This document shows, piece by piece, positions 1-10,530 of a DNA stretch of 26,949 nt. Location: assembly GCA_964584875.1 (NCBI GenBank), contig CAZPCG010000002.1, forward strand, positions 1 to 26,949. Reading direction: 5' to 3'. The notes under the pieces were generated by a model. The model was not told the DNA's origin. It was given only the letters and a program-made list of their open reading frames with translations, and did no database searches. This stretch comes from an uncultured Spirochaetota bacterium (GTDB lineage Bacteria > Spirochaetota > B62-G9 > DRHN01). Position numbers and translations under genes: made by a program. Within the stretch, counting starts at the first letter, position 1; each line of letters starts with the position of its first letter.

Positions 1-54
1 AAAAAATAAAAATAAAAAAAATAATAAGAGACTTTTTATGAGCGGTTATTTTTC

Positions 55-83
55 TTGACCGCAGGGATTGGGGGTATTAATCT
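55..83 (+). promoter_or_regulatory. Candidate sigma70-type promoter for the rny gene run
   Basis: TTGACC (55-60), 17-bp spacer, TAATCT (78-83). A-tracts lie upstream (1-27) and an AGGGGA RBS precedes GTG118. Confidence 0.45.
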
Positions 84-117
84 AATTCAGTAGCTCACTT
101 TCATCGAAAGGGGAATC

Positions 118-1659
118 GTGGTGGTGTATATAATTCTACAATATGCACTACCATCCCTTCTCTTTGGTTTAGTCGTAGGATATTTTCTTCGCCGCTACAT
201 TGCGAAGCTCAAAATAACGTCTGCTGAGCTGGCGGCTGAAAATATTTTAAAAGAAGCGCAAAAAGAAGCAGAGGCGAAGAAACGTGAAGCGGTTCTTGAA
301 ACGAAGGATCAGCTCTTCAGGGAGCGGAGCAATTTTGAGCGGGAAACACGGGAACGGAGGGCTGAACTCCAGAAATGGGAAAAACGTCTTCTACAGAAAG
401 AGGAAAACCTCGACAAGAGAGTAGATGGACTTGACAGAAAAGAAAAATTCCTGGTAAACCGAGAGAGGGTGGTAGATGAAAAAGAGGCCGTGATAAGAGA
501 GGCTCAGGAGGGAATTCGAAAGGAACTTGAGAGAATATCCGGTCTTACCGCAGAACAAGCAAAGGAAATGCTCATTCAGGGTATGGAGGAGGAAGCCCGC
601 AGGGACGCGCAGGTCATCATAAGCAGTGTTGAAAATGATGCCAGGGCAACCGCCGAGAAGAGGGCGAGGGAAATCCTCATCTACTCCATACAGAGACTCG
701 CCTCAGAGATCACCTCGGAGATAACCGTAACCTCAGTCTCGCTCCCCAACGACGAAATGAAGGGAAGGATAATAGGAAGGGAGGGGCGCAACATCCGCGC
801 CCTTGAAACCCTCACCGGCGTTGATGTCATCATAGACGATACGCCTGAGGCGGTGGTCATATCGAGCTTTGACCCGGTCCGAAGGGAAATTGCCAGGGTA
901 TCAATGGAGAGACTCATCGCCGACGGGAGGATCCATCCCGCAAGGATCGAAGAGGTTACCACCAAGGTCACGAAAGAGGTCAGTAAGGCCATAATTGAAG
1001 AGGGGGAGAAGGCGGTATTTGATCTCTCAATTCAGGGGATATCCCAGGACCTCATTCCCTACATCGGACGTCTGCGGTACAGGACCTCCTACGGACAGAA
1101 CATTCTTGCCCACAGCCTGGAGGTGGCAAGGGTTGCAGGGATGCTTGCCGCTGAGATTGGAGCCGATGTGCAGCTTGCCAAGCGCGGTGGAATTCTTCAC
1201 GATATCGGGAAAGCCGTTACAACGGATGGTGAAGGCAGCCACGCAGTTGTGGGAGGGGAGCTTGCGAGAAAATTCAGTGAGACCTCCGAGGTGGTTAACA
1301 TCATTGAATCTCACCACATGGACAGGGAGCCGCAGACGGTTGAAGCGGTGCTCATACAGGCATCCGACGCTATCTCCGCTTCACGCCCCGGGGCCCGGCG
1401 TGAATCAATGGACACCTACATCAAGAGGCTTGAGTCTCTGGAAAAGATAGCGGACAGCTTCGAGGGCGTTGAAAGGTCCTTCGCAATTCAGGCTGGACGT
1501 GAGATCAGGGTCATTGTGAACAATGACCGCGTCGATGACGACAAGGCCAAGGAAGTTGCCCGGGAGATTGCAAGAAAGATCGAGAAGGAGCTCAAGTATC
1601 CGGGGAGGATCAAGGTAACTCTCATCCGCGAGACGAGAATCGTTGAATACGCACGGTAA
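118..1659 (+). CDS. rny: Ribonuclease Y
   Basis: N-terminal TM anchor, coiled coil, KH domain (KGRIIGREGRNIRALE), HD domain (AHSLEV...ILHDIGK) and the typical C-terminus (YPGRIKVTLIRE). Confidence 0.97.
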   Translation: MVVYIILQYALPSLLFGLVVGYFLRRYIAKLKITSAELAAENILKEAQKEAEAKKREAVLETKDQLFRERSNFERETRERRAELQKWEKRLLQKEENLDKRVDGLDRKEKFLVNRERVVDEKEAVIREAQEGIRKELERISGLTAEQAKEMLIQGMEEEARRDAQVIISSVENDARATAEKRAREILIYSIQRLASEITSEITVTSVSLPNDEMKGRIIGREGRNIRALETLTGVDVIIDDTPEAVVISSFDPVRREIARVSMERLIADGRIHPARIEEVTTKVTKEVSKAIIEEGEKAVFDLSIQGISQDLIPYIGRLRYRTSYGQNILAHSLEVARVAGMLAAEIGADVQLAKRGGILHDIGKAVTTDGEGSHAVVGGELARKFSETSEVVNIIESHHMDREPQTVEAVLIQASDAISASRPGARRESMDTYIKRLESLEKIADSFEGVERSFAIQAGREIRVIVNNDRVDDDKAKEVAREIARKIEKELKYPGRIKVTLIRETRIVEYAR

Positions 1660-1698
1660 TGGGCACCCGCATCCCCGGAGTTCCCACCATGTCGATTA

Positions 1699-1714
1699 TG
1701 GCAGGGCTTTTGCT
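1699..1714 (+). promoter_or_regulatory. Candidate sigma54 -24/-12 element
   Basis: TGGCAGGGCTTTTGCT, with GG at 1700-1701 and GC at 1712-1713 exactly 10 nt apart. Located in the rny-ymdB spacer. Confidence 0.3.
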
Positions 1715-1727
1715 ATGAGGATTGACC

Positions 1728-2522
1728 TTGGATAATGGCTGCATACATGTAGTTTTGATCGGTGATGTTATTGGAGAACCTGGAAGGAAAGCGCTGTTTC
1801 TTTCCCTTTCCGGTTTGATACATGAAAAAAAGGTCGATTTTGTCATCGCAAATGGGGAGAATGCTGCAGGTGGGTTTGGAATAACCGGCAATATAGCGGG
1901 GAAACTGTTCTCCTACGGCATTGATTGCATCACCACAGGAAACCACATCTGGCGTAACAGGGAAATCTACAAGATCATCGATGATAATTCGAGGTTACTG
2001 AGGCCTGCCAACTATCCAAACGGAACGCCCGGGAAGGGATGGACAGTTATAGAGAAGAACGGCATGAAGCTCGGTATTCTGAACCTGTTAGGCAGGGTGT
2101 ACATGGAGCCTCTTGAGTGCCCCTTTCGAACAGCGAGGAAGGAGATTTCACAGATTCGAAAAATCACAAAGAATATCATCGTCGATTTCCACGGCGAAGC
2201 AACTAGTGAGAAAGTAGCGCTTGGGTGGTATCTGAACGGCCAGGTTAGCGCCGTGATAGGGACCCATACCCATGTGCAAACGGCGGATGAAAGAATCCTC
2301 CCGGGTGGGACAGCCTATATCACAGATGCAGGTATGACGGGACCCTTTGATTCTGTTATTGGCATGGATACAGAAAAAGCCCTCCATAAGTTCATCACGC
2401 TCCTTCCTGTGAAGTTTACTGTCGCGGAGAATGACATCAGACTGAACGGTGTTTTCCTCTCTATTGAAGCTGAGACGGGAAAGTCTGTCAATATAGAGAG
2501 GATCAACATAAAGATAGTTTAG
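1728..2522 (+). CDS. ymdB: YmdB/TIGR00282-family metallophosphoesterase
   Basis: Motifs IGDVIG, ANGEN, TGNH, DFHGEATSEK and GTHTHV; sits next to rny as is usual. TTG1728 chosen for its spacing from GAGGA (1717-1721); TTG1722 is an alternative start. Confidence 0.92.
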   Translation: MDNGCIHVVLIGDVIGEPGRKALFLSLSGLIHEKKVDFVIANGENAAGGFGITGNIAGKLFSYGIDCITTGNHIWRNREIYKIIDDNSRLLRPANYPNGTPGKGWTVIEKNGMKLGILNLLGRVYMEPLECPFRTARKEISQIRKITKNIIVDFHGEATSEKVALGWYLNGQVSAVIGTHTHVQTADERILPGGTAYITDAGMTGPFDSVIGMDTEKALHKFITLLPVKFTVAENDIRLNGVFLSIEAETGKSVNIERINIKIV

Positions 2523-2535
2523 TAGAAGTCAGCCG

Positions 2536-3405
2536 ATGAAGGAACGGCTAGATAAACTTATAGCACGGCGGGGGATTCTTGAATCAAGGGAAAAGGCCAG
2601 GGCCCTAATAATGGGTGGCAGCATCACTGTCAACGGTGAAACCATCCGAAAGCCCTCAGCGCTTGTGAATACCGGCGCATCCATACAGGTCCGCCGCACG
2701 CATGATGGGTATGTCAGCAGGGGCGGATTGAAGCTTGAGAAGGCGCTCGGAGAGTTCGGCATTTCTGTCTCCGGGAAGCTGTGCCTCGATATTGGGGCGT
2801 CCACCGGCGGCTTCACCGAATGCCTGCTCCGCTTTGGGGCAGCAGGAGTCACTGCACTGGATGTCGGTAAGAATCAGATAGCCTACAGGCTCCGCATGGA
2901 CCCGAGGGTAACGGTGATAGAAGACTTCAATGCCCGCTATATCGATCGGCTCCAGCTCAATACCCGCCTCGACATCGTTACTATAGACGTTTCCTTCATC
3001 TCGGTCACATACATTTTAAAACCACTTGCCTGTATTATCGATAAAAATACCGATGTTGTAGTGCTCATAAAGCCTCAGTTTGAGCTTGGAAAGTCCTTCA
3101 ATAAATTCAGAGGGGAATTCAGAGGAAGGTTCAGGGGGGTGGTGAGGGACATGGAGGTTCACAGGAAAGTATTGAAGGAGTTGCACGGCACATTTTCGAC
3201 CGAAGGGTACACCGCCCTGGGGTACACCTTTTCGCCCCTTCGAGGCCCGAAGGGGAACATAGAGTACTTTGCCCATCTGAAAAAGGCGGATGAGGGAGCT
3301 TTGCCTGGGGAAGAATGCTCCCGACTGGACAGACCTTTCTCTGCCATCATAGACATGGTGGTTTCGGACTCCCATGGATATTTCAGAAAAAAGCAACAGG
3401 AGTAA
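2536..3405 (+). CDS. tlyA: TlyA-family rRNA 2'-O-methyltransferase (S4 + FtsJ-like domains)
   Basis: KERLDKL S4 start, YVSRGGLKL, LDIGASTGGFT, DVSFIS, IKPQFE and GPKGNIEY; the K-D-K-E tetrad is present. Confidence 0.94.
   Translation: MKERLDKLIARRGILESREKARALIMGGSITVNGETIRKPSALVNTGASIQVRRTHDGYVSRGGLKLEKALGEFGISVSGKLCLDIGASTGGFTECLLRFGAAGVTALDVGKNQIAYRLRMDPRVTVIEDFNARYIDRLQLNTRLDIVTIDVSFISVTYILKPLACIIDKNTDVVVLIKPQFELGKSFNKFRGEFRGRFRGVVRDMEVHRKVLKELHGTFSTEGYTALGYTFSPLRGPKGNIEYFAHLKKADEGALPGEECSRLDRPFSAIIDMVVSDSHGYFRKKQQE
3103..3138 (+). repeat. 3 x 12-bp imperfect in-frame tandem repeat in tlyA (KFRG-EFRG-RFRG)
   Basis: aaattcagaggg / gaattcagagga / aggttcaggggg. Confidence 0.8.
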
Positions 3406-5073
<1,668 letters not shown>

Positions 5074-5128
5074 TCCAGCCTTGCTTGAATTCCATTCAAA
5101 ATCGAAAGACGCAGGAACACGCATTTTT

Positions 5129-5692
5129 ATGATGGGTAGAATAGCCCTCGGTTATTTACTGCTATATCTTCTCTTTTTAATCGCTGCCTCCTTTTGCCAT
5201 GCTGCAGGCCGAAGGGAGTCGGGCGGCAAGGATTCTCCTGCTCAGAATCTCGATCTGCCCGATTACGTTCTTCGTGATGTGACCCACTACCACTACGAGT
5301 CGGGAGTGCTGAAGGTAAAAGCGCTGTTTGATAGCGGGTCCTTCTCCAGGGGAAGCGAGGAGTTACATGTTGAAAATTGCAGCTTTGTATATTATGATAG
5401 TAGTGGATCGGTTGTATCGAAGGGAAGTGCAAAAGAGGCTACGATCTTTCGTGATAGATCGGAGCTCATTGCAAGAGGAGAGGTTGTAGTAGTATCAGAA
5501 GTGAATGGCGGGAAGCTGGAAACGGATTACCTTGAATGGCACGGAACACAGAATCAGTTCACAACCGAGAGCTTCGTCACCATAACGAGGACGAATGGTG
5601 ATATCCTGCAGGGCATCGGAATGATATCCGACGTGGCGCTCAGGTATGTTACGATTAAAAAGAATGTTCGGGGAACCCTCAGATCGAAGTAG
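5129..5692 (+). CDS. lptC: Lpt periplasmic bridge protein LptC
   Basis: N-terminal hydrophobic anchor followed by beta-jellyroll-type sequence (KLETDYLEW...FTTESFVTIT...LQGIGMISD); position in pyrG-lptC-lptA-lptB order. Start moved from the ORF-track 4778, which overlaps pyrG, to ATG5129. Confidence 0.8.
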   Translation: MMGRIALGYLLLYLLFLIAASFCHAAGRRESGGKDSPAQNLDLPDYVLRDVTHYHYESGVLKVKALFDSGSFSRGSEELHVENCSFVYYDSSGSVVSKGSAKEATIFRDRSELIARGEVVVVSEVNGGKLETDYLEWHGTQNQFTTESFVTITRTNGDILQGIGMISDVALRYVTIKKNVRGTLRSK

Positions 5693-5702
5693 TGATCTCT
5701 AC

Positions 5703-6623
5703 ATGGTCTGGTTGAAAGCTGTCCTGCTGTGTTTCCTCTTCTTCCTGCCACTTTTATCCCTTTACGCAGATGCCTATCTGGCAGAGGACAATATTTACTA
5801 CGGAGCCGACACCTATACCCTCGATTATGACCGGAAGGTTATACGGGCTGAAGGAAATGCGTTCTTTGAAAGAGGGCAGGTAATGGTTTCTGCCCGAAAA
5901 ATAGTGATACACTATGCAAAAGAGGTGAAAAAGGCTTATTTCTACCGTAATGTCGTTATAAGGAGCGAGGCGAATAAGAGCGAGGTACGCGGTGATTACG
6001 GCGAAGCCCATTTCAGGGATGACTATTACAGGATTGAAGGGAATGTTCTCTACAGGGATGAAAAGCGCAGGATTCGCTCGAAGAAAATCGAATCAGAGGG
6101 GATGAAACGCTTCATCTTCAGCGATGATGTTGAGTACAGCGACGGCGATGTGACGGTTCGTTCGAAGTTTCTTGAGGTCGATGAGAACGATACAGCTCTA
6201 TTCAGAGAAGGGGTTGCTACCACTTTCATCCAGACCGGTGATGAGCTGTACAGCGAATCCATCAGGCATTTCTCAAGATCGGGGTACACGGAGTTCCAGG
6301 GTGATGTGCTTTTCATGCAGGATAGGGAATCCGGCGGCGATGAGGGTTCCCTGATTGCCAGGGCAGAAGCGGTAAGACATTTTCGAGATGGCGGGTACTT
6401 CTTGCTGCTCAACGATGTGTATATCATGAACAGCAGGTATGCATTCAGCGGGTCGGTGGTGAGATACTATCGGGAGAAAGGCATGCTTGAGTCGCAGGGT
6501 GGGACTGTTGTGTACGACGGGAGAAAAACCATATACTGTGATGGAATGAAGGTCGATCTCGATTCCGGGGAGGTATCGTTCTTCGACTCGGTCCGGGGGG
6601 TGATCAGTGTTCCCCGGGAGTAG
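5703..6623 (+). CDS. lptA: LptA/OstA-like exported beta-jellyroll protein, about 306 aa
   Basis: Signal peptide (MVWLKAVLLCFLFFLPLLSLYA), repeated OstA-like hairpins (e.g. IRAEGNAFF, YRIEGNVLY, TEFQGDVLF), and position between lptC and lptB. Start set at ATG5703. Confidence 0.7.
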   Translation: MVWLKAVLLCFLFFLPLLSLYADAYLAEDNIYYGADTYTLDYDRKVIRAEGNAFFERGQVMVSARKIVIHYAKEVKKAYFYRNVVIRSEANKSEVRGDYGEAHFRDDYYRIEGNVLYRDEKRRIRSKKIESEGMKRFIFSDDVEYSDGDVTVRSKFLEVDENDTALFREGVATTFIQTGDELYSESIRHFSRSGYTEFQGDVLFMQDRESGGDEGSLIARAEAVRHFRDGGYFLLLNDVYIMNSRYAFSGSVVRYYREKGMLESQGGTVVYDGRKTIYCDGMKVDLDSGEVSFFDSVRGVISVPRE

Positions 6624-6650
6624 CGTTCTGGAAGTGCGGGTATTTGAATA

Positions 6651-7373
6651 TTGAATACGATTGTTGCGGAAAATATGATAAAGATCTTCAAGAAGAGGAG
6701 GGTTGTCAAGGGGGTAAGTTTCGATATCAAAGAGGGGGAAGTTGTTGGCCTGCTTGGACCCAATGGCGCAGGTAAAACGACATCCTTCTACATGATCGTG
6801 GGGTTCATCAGGGCCGATGGAGGGAGGGTTTTTCTCAACGGAAATGAAATTACGCAGCTACCGATGTTCAAACGATCCCGGATGGGCATAGGTTATCTGG
6901 CCCAGGAATCCTCTGTGTTTCAGAAGCTCACGGTTGAGCAGAACCTCATGGCGGTGCTTGAGAACACGCCGCTGAGCAAGAGAGAGCGGCTTAAGAGGAC
7001 CGATGTGCTGATCGGTGAGCTTGGCATTGAGCAGGTGAGAAAGCAGAAGGCCTATACACTCTCAGGAGGTGAGCGGAGGAGGACCGAGATTGCCAGAGCC
7101 CTTGCTATCGAACCCAAGTTCCTCCTGCTGGACGAGCCCTTTGCAGGTATTGACCCGATTGCGGTGTTTGATATTCAGAGCATCATACAGAAGCTAAGAT
7201 TGAAGGGGCTTGGAATTCTCATTACGGATCACAACGTGCGGGAAACTCTTCGTATAACCGACCGTGCCTATATCATGAATGAAGGCGAGATACTGGTATC
7301 AGGAAGCAGCGATTACCTTGTCAATAACGAAGAGGCGAAGAGAATATATCTTGGCATCAATTTCACTATTTAG
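6651..7373 (+). CDS. lptB: Lpt ABC transporter ATPase LptB
   Basis: Walker A GPNGAGKT, signature LSGGERRR, LLLDEPFAGIDP and ITDHNVRETL; directly upstream of rpoN. Confidence 0.96.
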   Translation: MNTIVAENMIKIFKKRRVVKGVSFDIKEGEVVGLLGPNGAGKTTSFYMIVGFIRADGGRVFLNGNEITQLPMFKRSRMGIGYLAQESSVFQKLTVEQNLMAVLENTPLSKRERLKRTDVLIGELGIEQVRKQKAYTLSGGERRRTEIARALAIEPKFLLLDEPFAGIDPIAVFDIQSIIQKLRLKGLGILITDHNVRETLRITDRAYIMNEGEILVSGSSDYLVNNEEAKRIYLGINFTI

Positions 7374-7380
7374 ATTTTCA

Positions 7381-7397
7381 TGCTGCCTCAGGCAGCA
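7381..7397. repeat. Perfect 17-bp palindrome in the lptB-rpoN spacer
   Basis: TGCTGCCT-C-AGGCAGCA. Confidence 0.8.
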
Positions 7398-7449
7398 CTC
7401 ATTTTCCGGATGATTCAAATTTTTCAAGTGTGCTGGGCGGTGTTGAGCG

Positions 7450-8865
7450 GTGGACCTGAAACAAGAGTTGCATCTCAAGCAAACGCAGAAGCTTATAATG
7501 ACTCCTCAGCTGCAGCAGGCGATAAAGATGCTGCAGCTTTCAAGCATTGAGCTAACCCAGAGAATAGAGGATGAGCTTGTTGAGAATCCAGCGCTGGAGC
7601 TGGAGGAGCGGGAAGAGGGGTATGCGAATGAGCTGAGTGAGGATGAAATATATCAGCAGGTAGAAAAGACAAAGGATGAAAAAGTTACGGAGGATTTCAA
7701 CGAAGAATACCTATACCTTGAAAGGTCCTACCCCATCAGAAGCAGCGGTGATGGAGAGGATAAGAAGCGGGAGTTCATAGAGGGGACGCTCTTCAGAGAT
7801 CAAACCCTGAGGGAGTACCTCCTGCGCCAGGTACACCTCTTTGAGCTTCAGTCCGAAGAACTTGCAATCGCAGAGATACTGATCAATTACATCGATGAAA
7901 TGGGCTACCTCTCAGTTTCAGTTGAGGAAATCGCCCGGGAATTCGATATACCCGTTCAGAAGCTTGAGGAGGTGTTGAAGTTTGTGCAGAGTCTGGACCC
8001 TCCAGGTGTGGGGGCGCGTGATATCCGGGAGTGTTTGCTGGTTCAGCTCAGGGAGAGAGGGCATTACCCTCTGGCAGAAAGAATCATCATGAACCATCTA
8101 AATGAGGTGAAGTTGAAGAAGTATGATGAGGTTGCAAAGAAGCTGAAGATATCGAAGGCTAAGTTGAAGGAAACGATTGCCATAATTTCACACCTTGAAC
8201 CCTATCCCGGGAGGCAGTTTTACTCCGAAGGGATCAAATACGTTATCCCGGATGTGGTAGTTGAGAGGAGGGAGGGCAGGCTGGAGGTTATATCGAACAG
8301 CGACATGGTTCCAAGGCTGAGGGTGAACCGGTACTTCGAAGAGCTGATGAAAAGGCGGAACATAGACAGGAGGATCAAGGATTTCGTTTCAGAGGGGGTC
8401 AGGAGGGCACGTGCGTTCATCCATTCGATCGAGCAGCGCGAAAATACCCTGATCAGGGTTACAAGGGCGATTGTTGAAAAACAGCCGGAATTCTTTGAGA
8501 AGGGTCCATTATACCTTCGTCCGATGACGCTCAAGGATATCGCTGGGACCTTGGACCTCCATGAGTCAACGATAAGCAGGATTACATCTTCAAAGTATGT
8601 TCAGACGACCTTCGGCGTGTTAAGGCTGAAGTATTTCTTTTCCACATCGATACCGGCGCAGGGGCACAGGGAGTTTTCCACCAGGAGCATCAAGGAATTG
8701 ATAAAAGAGATCATTGAACATGAAGCCGGGGGCTCCAGGAAGCGGTTGAGCGACCAGAAAATTGTCGACCTGCTCTCAAAGAGGGGGATAAAGATAGCGA
8801 GGAGAACGGTTGCCAAGTACAGAAAAGAACTCCACATATTGCCATCAAACTTAAGGAGGTCGTGA
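7450..8865 (+). CDS. rpoN: RNA polymerase sigma-54 factor
   Basis: Region I (QTQKLIMTPQLQQAIKMLQL), HESTISR helix and the RpoN box ARRTVAKYR. Confidence 0.98.
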   Translation: MDLKQELHLKQTQKLIMTPQLQQAIKMLQLSSIELTQRIEDELVENPALELEEREEGYANELSEDEIYQQVEKTKDEKVTEDFNEEYLYLERSYPIRSSGDGEDKKREFIEGTLFRDQTLREYLLRQVHLFELQSEELAIAEILINYIDEMGYLSVSVEEIAREFDIPVQKLEEVLKFVQSLDPPGVGARDIRECLLVQLRERGHYPLAERIIMNHLNEVKLKKYDEVAKKLKISKAKLKETIAIISHLEPYPGRQFYSEGIKYVIPDVVVERREGRLEVISNSDMVPRLRVNRYFEELMKRRNIDRRIKDFVSEGVRRARAFIHSIEQRENTLIRVTRAIVEKQPEFFEKGPLYLRPMTLKDIAGTLDLHESTISRITSSKYVQTTFGVLRLKYFFSTSIPAQGHREFSTRSIKELIKEIIEHEAGGSRKRLSDQKIVDLLSKRGIKIARRTVAKYRKELHILPSNLRRS

Positions 8866-9206
8866 TGAACGTATCAATGATGGGCAGAAAGGTGAAGATC
8901 ACTCCAGCGTTGAGGAATTACATAGAGAAGAACATGAAGAAACTGGACCACTATTCGGATCATATCACCGATTTTAAGCTTGTACTGAAGAGGGAGAGAC
9001 ATATTTATTTTGCTGAAGTGAATATCGGTATGAAGAAGAACATCATACATATCTTTGCGAAGACCCCCGATGTGTACAGCGTAATTGATACGCTTTATGA
9101 TAAGATCGAGGTGAAGCTGCGAAGATACTGGGATAAGCTAACAAGCAAACGCTACATACCATTGAAGGAGAGCATGTCCCAGGCTGCAGAAACGGGCATC
9201 TCCTGA
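8865..9206 (+). CDS. hpf: Ribosome hibernation promoting factor HPF/RaiA (short form)
   Basis: GRKVKITPALRNYIEK...DVYSVIDTLYDKIEVKLRR pattern; directly after rpoN. AGGAGG (8854-8859) favours ATG8865. Confidence 0.85.
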   Translation: MNVSMMGRKVKITPALRNYIEKNMKKLDHYSDHITDFKLVLKRERHIYFAEVNIGMKKNIIHIFAKTPDVYSVIDTLYDKIEVKLRRYWDKLTSKRYIPLKESMSQAAETGIS

Positions 9207-9237
9207 GGGGTCTAAAAAGTGGGAAGAGAGGATAACG

Positions 9238-10203
9238 ATGGCATATACTGAGAAAGAGAAGGGAGTGACAATTGCAAGGCTCCTCGATATTGCCATGGAG
9301 GAGGACGTTCTGCACCTCCGTATCATCACGGGACAGAATACCCTGGGCAAGATGATCACGACCTACGACATAAACAGGCCGGGACTGGCGCTTGCAGGCG
9401 ATTACGATTTCTTCGATTATGAAAAGCTCCAGGTCTTCGGGCGAGGAGAATACCACTACCTTCTGAAGATCGTGAACAACAACGAGCTGTCCAGCATCGA
9501 GCGTTTTTTCAGCTATCCGGTTTCCTGCTGCATATTTTCACATGGCCATGAACCCCCGTCGATCTTCGTCGATATGGCTGAGGAGGCAAAGGTTCCCATT
9601 CTTGTCTCTTCGCTGCCGACAAATATCATGACTGCGAGGCTAACCAAGGTACTTGAGGATGCATTTGCTCCGAGGACGAGCATCCATGGGGTGCTTGTAG
9701 AGGTATTCGGTATAGGAGTTTTAATCATAGGAAAGAGCGGCGTTGGGAAGAGTGAATGTGCCCTGGAGCTGATCGAACGGGGTCACAGGCTCGTCGCTGA
9801 CGACGTGGTCGATATTTATTCCGTCTCTGATACCCTGCTGATCGGAAGCGGGGCAAAACTCATACGCCACCACATGGAGATCCGGGGTCTTGGCATCATC
9901 AATATCAAGCAGCTCTTCGGTGTAGGGGCTATCAGGGATAAGAAACAGGTACAGCTGGTTGTCAGCCTTGAAGAGTGGGATGTGAAAAAGGAGTATGACA
10001 GGCTCGGAATGGAGGAGGCGGTTTTCACAACCATGGGTGTTGATGTACCGATGCTCACCATACCGGTGAAACCGGGGAGGAATATACCGATACTGATAGA
10101 AACGGCGGCGATGAATTTCAGGCTTGCAAAAATGGGGTACCATACGGTAAAAGAGCTTAACAGGGAGCTGTTGAGTCAAATTGAAGAGGAAAAGAAGGCC
10201 TGA
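9238..10203 (+). CDS. hprK: HPr kinase/phosphorylase
   Basis: INRPGLALAG, GKSGVGKSECALELIERGHRLVADD, HHMEIRGLGII and PVKPGRN. Confidence 0.97.
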   Translation: MAYTEKEKGVTIARLLDIAMEEDVLHLRIITGQNTLGKMITTYDINRPGLALAGDYDFFDYEKLQVFGRGEYHYLLKIVNNNELSSIERFFSYPVSCCIFSHGHEPPSIFVDMAEEAKVPILVSSLPTNIMTARLTKVLEDAFAPRTSIHGVLVEVFGIGVLIIGKSGVGKSECALELIERGHRLVADDVVDIYSVSDTLLIGSGAKLIRHHMEIRGLGIINIKQLFGVGAIRDKKQVQLVVSLEEWDVKKEYDRLGMEEAVFTTMGVDVPMLTIPVKPGRNIPILIETAAMNFRLAKMGYHTVKELNRELLSQIEEEKKA

Positions 10204-10257
10204 TCATTGCAGATGAGTGTATGAGGGTCTGCTGGATGTGTGCGGGACACCTGACAT

Positions 10258-10530
10258 ATGGTTGAACGGGAAGTTGTTATCAAGAATAAAACGGGACTTC
10301 ATGCAAGACCTGCAGCGGTTTTGGTTCAGAAGGCGAATGAATTCCGTTCAGATATTTTTCTGGAGAAGGATGAGGATAGGGTGAATGCTAAGAGCATAAT
10401 GGGGGTGATGATGCTTGCGGCAGGGGAGGGCACACGTATAAAGATCATTGCAAGCGGGGAGGACGAAAAGGATGCTGTGGTAAAGATATCCCAACTTCTC
10501 GAATCGAACATTGACGGTGAGGTGAAGTGA
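10258..10530 (+). CDS. ptsH: Phosphocarrier protein HPr
   Basis: GLHARPA (His15-equivalent) and NAKSIMG (Ser46-equivalent). Confidence 0.96.
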   Translation: MVEREVVIKNKTGLHARPAAVLVQKANEFRSDIFLEKDEDRVNAKSIMGVMMLAAGEGTRIKIIASGEDEKDAVVKISQLLESNIDGEVK

